DNA from: a virus
Taxonomy: Duplodnaviria > Heunggongvirae > Uroviricota > Caudoviricetes
Direction: 5' to 3' (one strand)
Length of the DNA stretch: 10,577 nucleotides
IMG/VR virus record: IMGVR_UViG_3300029466_000004
Location: 73,952-84,528 of that record
The notes beneath the pieces are model-generated. The model searched no databases and was not told where the DNA came from. It was given only the letters and a program-made list of their open reading frames with translations. Each line of letters opens with the position of its first letter. Position 1 is the first letter of the stretch. A program made the position numbers and the translations under genes. Below, piece after piece: positions 1-6,946 of the stretch.

Positions 1-1
1 G

Positions 2-535
2 ACTATCTATTATACTCCCGGTTTTTCTGACTCTTATTGCAATTCTGGCAGTAGCAAAGTGACTACGATGGCAAAAAGCATTTTTCTGCTTTCTCACCAC
101 GAGTTTGGATACGACACGGAAGGCTCTGATGCTCCGAATTGGACAACTAGCAGCCCGAGCTATAAGCACAACGAGGGCACTCCCCTGCAAAATGCATCTG
201 GAATCCTGAAAACGATGCTTGCCTCTGACATGGAGGGCTCCAGCAGAGGACGATCTATTTGGACGAGAACTCCTTACCTGTACTCGCTTCAGATGCTTCG
301 TGATATTGCTGGCACAAGTTCAAGCGCCAACAAGTACTGGCGGCCTCTGTTAGTTAGCAAACTTGTAAATGCATACGCCGTGTATGATTCTACGTTACAA
401 GTGAATACCAACGCAGAGACAATTTCCTACGCCACCAATGATGAAACCCCTCGTAAGTACGATAATGTTGTTCACCCTGCATTTACCGTCCCAAAGTCTC
501 TTGCTATTGACGCCGACGGCAAACTGATTTTTTAA
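2..535 (+). CDS. 5'-truncated phage tail-region protein, DUF6273-like C-terminal domain
   Basis: The frame is open from position 2 (TIYYTPGFSDSYCN...) to TAA at 533-535, so the true start lies upstream of the window. The motifs IFLLSxxEFG, WTRTP and VHPAFTVP resemble DUF6273-type domains (recognised by eye). Confidence 0.6.
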   Translation, partial: TIYYTPGFSDSYCNSGSSKVTTMAKSIFLLSHHEFGYDTEGSDAPNWTTSSPSYKHNEGTPLQNASGILKTMLASDMEGSSRGRSIWTRTPYLYSLQMLRDIAGTSSSANKYWRPLLVSKLVNAYAVYDSTLQVNTNAETISYATNDETPRKYDNVVHPAFTVPKSLAIDADGKLIF

Positions 536-545
536 GAGGTGAAGT

Positions 546-1469
546 ATGGCAACGTGGATTACAGACCGAACGCAGGCAGATATAGACCGGGTAAAAGAGC
601 TGACCGCAAAGGCGAGAAGCGGCACATGGACAGAGGAAGAACAGGCCGAGTGGGCCGCAGGCATGAAGGGCGCTCTGAGCTATACGGATTACAACCGCAT
701 TGAAAACGGAATCAAAGAACTTGCTGAAATCGTTGGCGCATCTTATTCTGCAAGGATTGTACAGCAAAACATTCAAGTTGTTACTGCGAAAAATGAAAGC
801 GGCGACATCCCCGCGTGGGACACTTATCCCGCCAAGTACGAGTTCTTTATGCCGCTGACTGCCAAGAAAGCGGGCCTGCTGCTCCGCTCGCTGGAATTCC
901 GCGTCAAGGGCTATGTGCCGGGCACGATGCGCACCGTCCTGCGCAAGTACGGCTCCACGACCGCCCTAGTGGACAAGTTCACCGACATTGTCCGCGGCTA
1001 CAACGACGTGGTGTTGGACATGGGCGATTTCCCGCTGGAAAAGGGTGTCGAATACCAGCTCTATTTCGCCGCCTCTAACAACTTCTACCCGCCCTCTGTC
1101 GAGCCCTCATGGGTCGTCGCAAACGACTACGTCAACATTACAAATGGAAGCGCTTATTACGGCGACGACAGCAAGCTTATTTTTTCAGGAACAATCGGTT
1201 TAACTGTGCCTGCGGAAACTGGTTGGACAATCAATGATTATCTGACCGTTGCGGATGCCACTCGGTGGATTGATAACGTGAAAGCCATTCGTTCCAAATG
1301 CAGTGGCAAAAGTTCTACCCCGGGAACTCCCGAGGCGCTGAGTTATCATTTTGCGGTTATCAATCAAGTAGAAAAAGTTTTGTCTGACATTGAAGCGATG
1401 GCAAAGGACCATTTACTTTATTGTTCAGATACAATATGCGGAGGTGAACCCTATTATGCATTTTGTTGA
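546..1469 (+). CDS. Phage tail-associated hypothetical protein (307 aa) with a GC-rich central module
   Basis: GAGGTG RBS before ATG 546. The N-terminal ITDRTQAD...KGALSYTDYNRIE pattern is typical of small siphophage tail-region proteins. Its 3' end overlaps the start of the next gene. Confidence 0.7.
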   Translation: MATWITDRTQADIDRVKELTAKARSGTWTEEEQAEWAAGMKGALSYTDYNRIENGIKELAEIVGASYSARIVQQNIQVVTAKNESGDIPAWDTYPAKYEFFMPLTAKKAGLLLRSLEFRVKGYVPGTMRTVLRKYGSTTALVDKFTDIVRGYNDVVLDMGDFPLEKGVEYQLYFAASNNFYPPSVEPSWVVANDYVNITNGSAYYGDDSKLIFSGTIGLTVPAETGWTINDYLTVADATRWIDNVKAIRSKCSGKSSTPGTPEALSYHFAVINQVEKVLSDIEAMAKDHLLYCSDTICGGEPYYAFC

Positions 1470-3390
1470 CCGAAAAGCAAAATATCCCGGGCGTTGGACT
1501 ATGATGAAATCTGATGGCACATCAGAAATCATCACTTTGATTCGTAATGATGAACCTGTTGTCGAGGGTACTCCAATGAACGCCGACACCCTCAACACTT
1601 TGAGTGATGTTGCAGGGGCTGACATTGCAAAGGAAAAGGCAGAAGCCGCCGCAACCGTTGCGTCAACCGCAAAAGACGCTGCTGAGTTAGCCGCAAACTC
1701 TTCGGAAAAAAGCAAAGACGCTGCGGCGAAGAGTGAAGCTGCGGCGAAGCAGTATGCGGACAATGCAGCGGCTATCGTAAGCACCGACCCCACCCTTACC
1801 ATCTCGGGCGCTCCCGCAGACGCCAAAGCCACCGGCGACCGTATCAACGCTATCAAAATCGAGACCGACAAGACCCTCACCATCTCCGGCGCTGCTGCGG
1901 ACGCTGCGGCTGTAGGCAGCATCGTACTGCCCCGGGTGGTGGTGCAGACGGAAGCGGGAAGCACCGTCACCGCAGTCAGCGGGGACAAAAAGGTAACTGG
2001 CACGGCCACCGACGGCAGCTTTTCTGCGGCCCTGCCCCACGACGGCGAGTGGGAGGTCACCGCCACGCTCGGCACCGGCGTGGCCACGGAGACAATGCAG
2101 GCGGAGTATTGCCGCACCAAGACCCTTACCCTGACCTACTACACCCTGACCGTCACGGTTAAGGCGGGCAGCACCGTCACCGCCCAGTGCGGGGACAAGA
2201 CCGTCTCCGGCACGGTGCCGGAGAGCGGCAGCATCAAGCTGTATCTGCCCATCGCTGGCACGTGGACGGTAACGGCCACGTTGGGCGACGAGACCGCCGA
2301 GGGCAGCTTGGAGGTGAGCGAGTACAAGGACTATCCCCTTGAACTTGCATACACCCACATCTACGGCGCAAGCTGGGACGGCACCAGCACCACCAAGTGG
2401 AGCCGCACCGACGAGGCGGCAGACTTTACCGACCCGGTGCCTTACGTCGCGGGCGCAAGCAGCTATGGCAGTCCCTTTGACAACTTACAGCCCTGGGCGG
2501 GCATGGTAAAGAGCGAGCGCACCGGCGGCACGATGGTCAGCATCCCGAAATTTTGGTACAAGCTGACCCAAAACGGCAGGGGCATGAGCATTCAGATCGC
2601 CGACCGCGCGGTGGAGGGCTACAGCGTCAGCCCCGCCCACATGGACAGAGGCGACGGTCACGGTGAGCGGGACGTGGTGTACATCGGCAGATACCACTGC
2701 AACGGCACCTATAAGAGCGGCACCGGCAGCCCCAGGGCGAACATGACCCGCTCTTCGGCCCGCTCCGGCATCCACAATCTCGGCTCAACCATCTGGCAGT
2801 GCGATTTTGCTATGAGGTTTACGCTCTGGCTGCTCTATATCGTCGAATTTTGCGACTGGAACAGTCAGGCGAAAATCGGCTATGGATGCGGCAACAACAG
2901 CTCTCCGCAGCCGATGGGCTACACCGACAGTATGCCGTACCACACCGGTACGACCCAGAGCAGCCGCACAACCTATGGCTGCGGGACGCAGTACCGCAAC
3001 ATCGAGGGCCTGTGGGATAACGTGTTGGACTGGTGCGATGGCTGCTACAACAACGGCAACGGCCTGAACATCATCCTGAATCCCTCCGAGTTCAGCGACA
3101 GCAGCAATGGCACGGCGGTCGGCGTTCCGTCCAATGGCTGGCCGTCCGCATTTAGGGTCAAGACAAACGGCGGCTTCCCGGTGTTTATCCCCACATCCGC
3201 GTCCGGTAGTGACACAACGTACTCGTGCGATTACTGGGGCTTCGGCTCGTCGTCCCCGTGCCTCTACGTTGGTGGTGACTGTAGCCACTACTCCGGCTAT
3301 GGTTTGTTCTGCGTCGGCTACGGCACCGCGTCGGGCTATGACGGGTACGTCGGCTGCCGCCTCCAGGAACTCCCCAACGGGGGAGTCTGA
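1456..3390 (+). CDS. DGR target protein: tail fibre/receptor-binding protein (644 aa) with a C-terminal C-type-lectin/FGE-like variable domain
   Basis: The GGAGGTG RBS at about 1440-1446 supports ATG 1456 rather than 1390. Architecture: Ala-rich helical stalk, two TDxTLTISGAxADA repeats, two 70-aa beta-rich repeats, then a domain containing YRNIEGLWDNVLDWCDG and ending in the VR (...VGCRL). Confidence 0.9.
   Translation: MHFVDRKAKYPGRWTMMKSDGTSEIITLIRNDEPVVEGTPMNADTLNTLSDVAGADIAKEKAEAAATVASTAKDAAELAANSSEKSKDAAAKSEAAAKQYADNAAAIVSTDPTLTISGAPADAKATGDRINAIKIETDKTLTISGAAADAAAVGSIVLPRVVVQTEAGSTVTAVSGDKKVTGTATDGSFSAALPHDGEWEVTATLGTGVATETMQAEYCRTKTLTLTYYTLTVTVKAGSTVTAQCGDKTVSGTVPESGSIKLYLPIAGTWTVTATLGDETAEGSLEVSEYKDYPLELAYTHIYGASWDGTSTTKWSRTDEAADFTDPVPYVAGASSYGSPFDNLQPWAGMVKSERTGGTMVSIPKFWYKLTQNGRGMSIQIADRAVEGYSVSPAHMDRGDGHGERDVVYIGRYHCNGTYKSGTGSPRANMTRSSARSGIHNLGSTIWQCDFAMRFTLWLLYIVEFCDWNSQAKIGYGCGNNSSPQPMGYTDSMPYHTGTTQSSRTTYGCGTQYRNIEGLWDNVLDWCDGCYNNGNGLNIILNPSEFSDSSNGTAVGVPSNGWPSAFRVKTNGGFPVFIPTSASGSDTTYSCDYWGFGSSSPCLYVGGDCSHYSGYGLFCVGYGTASGYDGYVGCRLQELPNGGV
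3222..3360 (+). repeat. DGR variable repeat (VR), ending in the GC-rich element TCGGCTGCCGC and followed by the IMH-like CTCCAGGAAC
   Basis: Manual alignment to 3484-3622 gives 117/139 identity with no gaps. All 22 mismatches are at codon positions 1 or 2. Confidence 0.95.
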
Positions 3391-3430
3391 GGGGGCCGCA
3401 GCCCCCGCAGATAACCGCGCCGTAAGGCGC
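3369..3430 (+). promoter_or_regulatory. Three consecutive hairpins downstream of VR/IMH (putative DGR target-recognition elements)
   Basis: ACTCCCC-AACG-GGGGAGT (3369-3386), GGGGGC-CGCA-GCCCCC (3391-3406) and GCGCC-GTAA-GGCGC (3417-3430). Confidence 0.75.
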
Positions 3431-3442
3431 TGAACTTTATAT

Positions 3443-3745
3443 GGGACTGTCTGTGCATTGCCGGTGTTTTTTTGTTCTCAGGCCTCGTGCGGTGGCTGGT
3501 ACATCAGCTCGTCGTACCCGTGCCTCTTCGTTGGTGGTTACTATGGCCACGGCTCCGACTTTGGTTTGTTCTACGTCAGCTACAGCGCCGCGTCGGGCTA
3601 TAACGGGTACATCGGCTGCCGCTTCCTTTTTGATATTTCCAACCTCACAGATTCTTGGCACAGACAGCCGCACACCTCATGGTGAAGATAGGCATTTTGG
3701 GAGCAGGCTAGTACACTCCGCAGGGGGCGATGGAAAGCCTGTACA
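3443..3745 (+). ncRNA. Putative DGR template RNA (5' flank, TR and spacer)
   Basis: CTGTCTGTGC (3447-3456) is the exact reverse complement of GCACAGACAG (3658-3667) and brackets the TR. The spacer has further stems CACC-TCAT-GGTG (3673-3684) and CAGGCT/AGCCTG (3704-3709/3736-3741). The boundaries are approximate. Confidence 0.7.
3484..3622 (+). repeat. DGR template repeat (TR), atypically adenine-depleted
   Basis: Second repeat copy, intergenic and directly upstream of the RT. It diverges from VR after CGGCTGCCGC (IMH*-like TTCCTTTTTG). It has only 17 adenines and one AAC codon. Confidence 0.85.
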
Positions 3746-3764
3746 GCTAAAAGGAGGTATCCCG

Positions 3765-4961
3765 ATGAAAAGAGCTGGAAAGCTCTTTGATACGCTAATA
3801 TCAGACGATAATCTGTTGCTTGCCATCGACGAAGTCAACCGCACCCACCATTGGTGCAAGGGCCACCGCCCCAACACCTGCACGGCGTGGGTGGAAGAAA
3901 CCAAAGCGGAGCGGGTGAAAGACCTGCGCCGTATGCTCATCAAAGGCTTTGAGCCGAAACCGCCCCATGTCTCCCAGCGCTGGGATACCAGCGCCCGGAA
4001 ATGGCGCATCATCAGCGAACCGGCGCAGTGGCCGGACCAGTATGTGCATCACGCCCTTATTCAGGCGCTGCAGCCGAAGATGATGCAGGGCATGGATTTT
4101 TACTGCTGCGGAAGCATCCGGGGCCGGGGAACGGAGCGGGAGAAGAAAGCGATCGAGCGCTGGCTGAAGTATGACCGCAAAGGCACGAAGTACGAGTTCT
4201 GTGGGGACATCCGGCATTTTTACGAGAGCTTGACCCCGGAAGTGGTGATGGCGAGAATGCGCCAGCTCTACAAAGACCGCCGCGTCCTTGACCTCATCGA
4301 GCGCATCATCCGCAACGGCATCCAGCTTGGAACCTACACGTCTCAGTGGCTTGCCAACGCCGTGCTGCAGCCCCTCGACCGGCTCATCCGGGAGAGCGGC
4401 TATTGCAAGCACTACGCCCGGTACATGGACAACATGACGGCATTCGGCCCCAACAAGCGAAAGCTGCGGAAGCTCCGCATCCTTGTGGAGGACTGGCTGA
4501 ACGCCCACGATCTGAAGCTCAAGGGCGACTGGCAGGTGTTCCCGGTGGCAAAGCCGCAGCGCAAAGTGCCGCTGGCCATGCCCCGGCGTGGCTATGAACG
4601 CACCAAAGGCCGTCTGCCGGATGCCGTAGGCTATCGCTACGGCAGAGGGTACACCATCCCGCGCAAGCACAATCTGCTCCGAATGAAGCGGGCCATGGCA
4701 AGGTATCGCCGCCGCATCCGGCAGGGCAGGACCATCCACCCCAAGTCGGCTGCAAGCCTGCTTTCCCGGCTGGGACAGCTGCGGCACTGCAACAATTATC
4801 ACTTTTATCAATGGCTGTTTCGGGGAGAGCGCATCATGCGCGACCTGAAACGCATCATCCGCAGCCAGCGGAGAAATGAGGAGATCGCATGGAATACGTA
4901 TTTGGCACAAAGGGCCGCATCGAAGTCCTCAAGACCAAGGGCGACCATCACACCGGTCTGA
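3765..4961 (+). CDS. DGR reverse transcriptase (398 aa) with a YMDN catalytic motif
   Basis: AAGGAGG RBS at 3751-3757 before ATG 3765. RT motifs: KWRIISEP..PDQYVHHAL, GSIRGRG, GDIRHFY, LGTYTSQW (4326-4349) and YARYMDN (YMDN at 4422-4433), followed by a basic C-terminal region. Confidence 0.93.
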   Translation: MKRAGKLFDTLISDDNLLLAIDEVNRTHHWCKGHRPNTCTAWVEETKAERVKDLRRMLIKGFEPKPPHVSQRWDTSARKWRIISEPAQWPDQYVHHALIQALQPKMMQGMDFYCCGSIRGRGTEREKKAIERWLKYDRKGTKYEFCGDIRHFYESLTPEVVMARMRQLYKDRRVLDLIERIIRNGIQLGTYTSQWLANAVLQPLDRLIRESGYCKHYARYMDNMTAFGPNKRKLRKLRILVEDWLNAHDLKLKGDWQVFPVAKPQRKVPLAMPRRGYERTKGRLPDAVGYRYGRGYTIPRKHNLLRMKRAMARYRRRIRQGRTIHPKSAASLLSRLGQLRHCNNYHFYQWLFRGERIMRDLKRIIRSQRRNEEIAWNTYLAQRAASKSSRPRATITPV

Positions 4962-5251
4962 CCGGCTACCACCAGCTTGAGCGGGAGTATCCCGACCAGA
5001 CCATCACCGACAGTTTCCGGGTCATCCGCAAGCTGCGCAGCGCGGAGGACGCGGAGGGGCGCTGCTATGACTGGTACGAGATCGACCGCCACTACCGGAT
5101 GACCGACAAGACCGGACCCGTGGCGGAGCAGCTGGCAAAGACTGCCGCAGAGATGGAGGACGCCCTGTGCGAGCAGGATATGGAATCACAGGAGCGGCTG
5201 GCGACTATCGAGGACTCGCTGTGCGAGCTGGATGCCGCCGTCAACAAGTAA
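4889..5251 (+). CDS. Hypothetical phage protein (120 aa) with an acidic C-terminal coiled coil
   Basis: GAGGAG RBS at 4878-4883. It overlaps the RT 3' end by 73 nt and has a heptad-like C-terminus (LAKTAAEMEDAL...LATIEDSLCELDA). Confidence 0.75.
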   Translation: MEYVFGTKGRIEVLKTKGDHHTGLTGYHQLEREYPDQTITDSFRVIRKLRSAEDAEGRCYDWYEIDRHYRMTDKTGPVAEQLAKTAAEMEDALCEQDMESQERLATIEDSLCELDAAVNK

Positions 5252-5264
5252 GGAGGATTTCAAA

Positions 5265-5435
5265 ATGGACAAGATCTGGGCAAACAGGTTGGTCGCCGGC
5301 ACAAAAACGTGGGCAGAGATGCCCGCAAGCCGCCGCCCCGGTGTCAAGCGGGAGCTGGCAAAACGGGCGGCCGAGGGTGAGATCACCCCGGAGCAGTACA
5401 AGGAAATCGTCGGGGAGGACTACTACAATGTGTAA
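5265..5435 (+). CDS. Small XkdX/CD1375-like phage protein (56 aa)
   Basis: AGGAGG RBS at 5251-5256. The C-terminal GEITPEQYKEIVGEDY matches the XkdX-like pattern, and the gene sits in the typical position between tail fibre and lysin. Confidence 0.75.
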   Translation: MDKIWANRLVAGTKTWAEMPASRRPGVKRELAKRAAEGEITPEQYKEIVGEDYYNV

Positions 5436-6225
5436 GCTGCTGGAGTTGCTGGAAAAGCTGGTGCGGGTGCTTTTTGGCCCGGGGGACAAGCAGGATGCCG
5501 AAGAGGTAAAGCCCGCACCGGAGCCTCACGAACCCCCCGGGGCAGAGGCTGTAACCGGCTGGCAGGGCGACCCGCCCTATCGCTTTGTGGATGTGAGCCG
5601 GTATCAGGGCCTTATCGACTGGGCGCAGGTGGCTGCGGCGGGCTACAAGGGGGCAATGCTCAAGACGGTATCCACCAACTACAAGCTCTCCAAGCGGGCA
5701 GACGGCCTGTATATCGACCCGACCTTTGAGACCAACTACCGCAACGCCCGGGCTGCCGGACTGGACGTGGGCGTCTACTACTACACCTACGCCACCAGCG
5801 AGGCGATGGCTGATGCAGAGCTTGCCCTGCTGCGGCAGGCGGTCTACGGCAAGGAGTTTTCTCTCCCCGTTTGCGTGGACGTGGAGGAAAACAAGCTCAA
5901 GCAGCTGTCCACGCTTGACCTGTCCAATCTTACCGCTTACGCGCTGGAACAGGTGGAGAAGATGGGCTTTTACGCCCAGCTCTACACCTACACCGGTTAC
6001 AAGTATGAGCTGGACATGGCTCGGCTGTCCTCTCGGTGGGACGTCTGGCTTGCCGACTACACCGGCAAAACGCCCAACGTGACGTTTAACTACAACGCTC
6101 ACCAGCACACCAGCAAGGGCAGCGTGCCTGGCATCACGGGCAACGTAGACCTCAACGTCACCACCATTAACTACCCCAAAATCATCCGCAAGAAGGGTCT
6201 GACCCGTCTCCGGGAGGGCGCATGA
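5428..6225 (+). CDS. Endolysin, glycoside hydrolase family 25 muramidase (265 aa)
   Basis: GGAGG RBS before ATG 5428. GH25 motifs DVSRYQGLIDW, GVYYY, VDVEE and QHTSKGSVPGITGNVDLN. No obvious cell-wall-binding domain. Confidence 0.92.
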   Translation: MCKLLELLEKLVRVLFGPGDKQDAEEVKPAPEPHEPPGAEAVTGWQGDPPYRFVDVSRYQGLIDWAQVAAAGYKGAMLKTVSTNYKLSKRADGLYIDPTFETNYRNARAAGLDVGVYYYTYATSEAMADAELALLRQAVYGKEFSLPVCVDVEENKLKQLSTLDLSNLTAYALEQVEKMGFYAQLYTYTGYKYELDMARLSSRWDVWLADYTGKTPNVTFNYNAHQHTSKGSVPGITGNVDLNVTTINYPKIIRKKGLTRLREGA

Positions 6226-6614
6226 GCGAAAAAGAAGCTTTGCTGTGGGTACTGGGAATCCTGGGCAGCCTGTGCGCTGCAGCCATCACCATCGACAAGG
6301 TGCTGGAAATCATCCACAAGTACATCAAAAAGGCGCAGGAGCCGGACAACGTGCAGAACAAGCGGCTGGATGAGATGGACAAGCGCATCGGCACCTTGGA
6401 GCAGGGCCAGCTTCAGCACACACAAGCCCTTGCCCGTGACCAGCGCCGCTTTGACGAAATCGACGAGGTGAGCCGTCTGACCCTCGACGGGGTGCGCAAC
6501 CTTCTGGATGCGCAGTTGTCCGGAAACAATCGCGAGGGGATGCAGAAGAGCCGCGCCGACATCGACAACTATCTGTTAAAAGGAGTGACCAATCATGGAA
6601 GCACTGGCAACTAA
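6222..6614 (+). CDS. Lysis-cassette membrane protein (one N-terminal transmembrane helix plus coiled coil)
   Basis: ATGA overlap with the lysin stop codon. The hydrophobic ALLWVLGILGSLCAAAITI is followed by a coiled coil. Confidence 0.75.
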   Translation: MSEKEALLWVLGILGSLCAAAITIDKVLEIIHKYIKKAQEPDNVQNKRLDEMDKRIGTLEQGQLQHTQALARDQRRFDEIDEVSRLTLDGVRNLLDAQLSGNNREGMQKSRADIDNYLLKGVTNHGSTGN

Positions 6615-6936
6615 GCTTTTTGACCTTATCCCCGCCCCGGTGGCGGCTGTGCTGATGCTGGGCGGCTTTATCTTTTACGCCCTGGGCTGCATCCGGCTGG
6701 GCTACGGCGCCGCCGTAAAGCCTCTGGTGCTTGACCTCATCGAGCGGGCAGAGCAGGAGATTCAGGGGACTAAACGCGGCGCAGAGCGCAAAGCGTGGGT
6801 GGCAAAGACCCTGCGGGCCGCCCTCAGCGCCAGCAAATACGGCAGGCTCATCAGCTGGGCCATCACCGATGAGACCATCGGGCGGGTGATCCAGTTTTTC
6901 TTTGACCGCGCAAAGGCGGCGCTGCAAAAGCAGTAA
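6595..6936 (+). CDS. Putative holin (LL-H-like)
   Basis: AAGGAG RBS, an N-terminal transmembrane segment, and AEQ...GAERKAWV as in LL-H-type holins. Adjacent to the lysin. Confidence 0.7.
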   Translation: MEALATKLFDLIPAPVAAVLMLGGFIFYALGCIRLGYGAAVKPLVLDLIERAEQEIQGTKRGAERKAWVAKTLRAALSASKYGRLISWAITDETIGRVIQFFFDRAKAALQKQ

Positions 6937-6946
6937 GGAGGTTATT

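Larger units (their letters stand above)
1456..4961 (+). mobile_element. Diversity-generating retroelement cassette: target(VR), hairpins, TR, spacer, RT
   Basis: A 139-nt ungapped repeat pair with one copy at the 3' end of a CDS, an adjacent RT with the DGR-type GxxxSQ motif, and GC-rich hairpins just after the VR. Confidence 0.95.

Noticed and set aside
2..535. DUF6273-like gene as a second DGR target
   Set aside because: Its 3' end shows no nucleotide similarity to TR, no CGGCTGCCGC element and no downstream hairpin.
1459..1470. CATTTTGTTGAC identical to 6968-6979
   Set aside because: Only a half-site is present, with no complementary arm, and both encode HFVD. Probably coincidence.
3458..3685. 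75-aa ORF translating the TR in the VR frame, as a possible second target gene
   Set aside because: It has a TTG start without an RBS and no scaffold domain. TRs are normally open in the VR frame, and the flanking long-range stem and spacer fit a template RNA. It is not fully excluded.
3441..3764. 108-aa N-terminal extension of the RT (506-aa ORF) reading through TR
   Set aside because: There is no RBS at 3441, whereas ATG 3765 has AAGGAGG and begins a typical DGR RT N-terminus. An adenine-poor, GC-rich TR has few stop codons by chance.
3765..4961. RT as a group II intron, retron or Abi RT
   Set aside because: It has GxxxSQ rather than the GxPQG intron motif, no maturase/endonuclease domain and no retron VTG motif, and it sits beside a TR/VR pair.
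5167..5427. Upstream extension of the endolysin ORF (352 aa)
   Set aside because: It overlaps two better-supported genes, and ATG 5428 has its own RBS.
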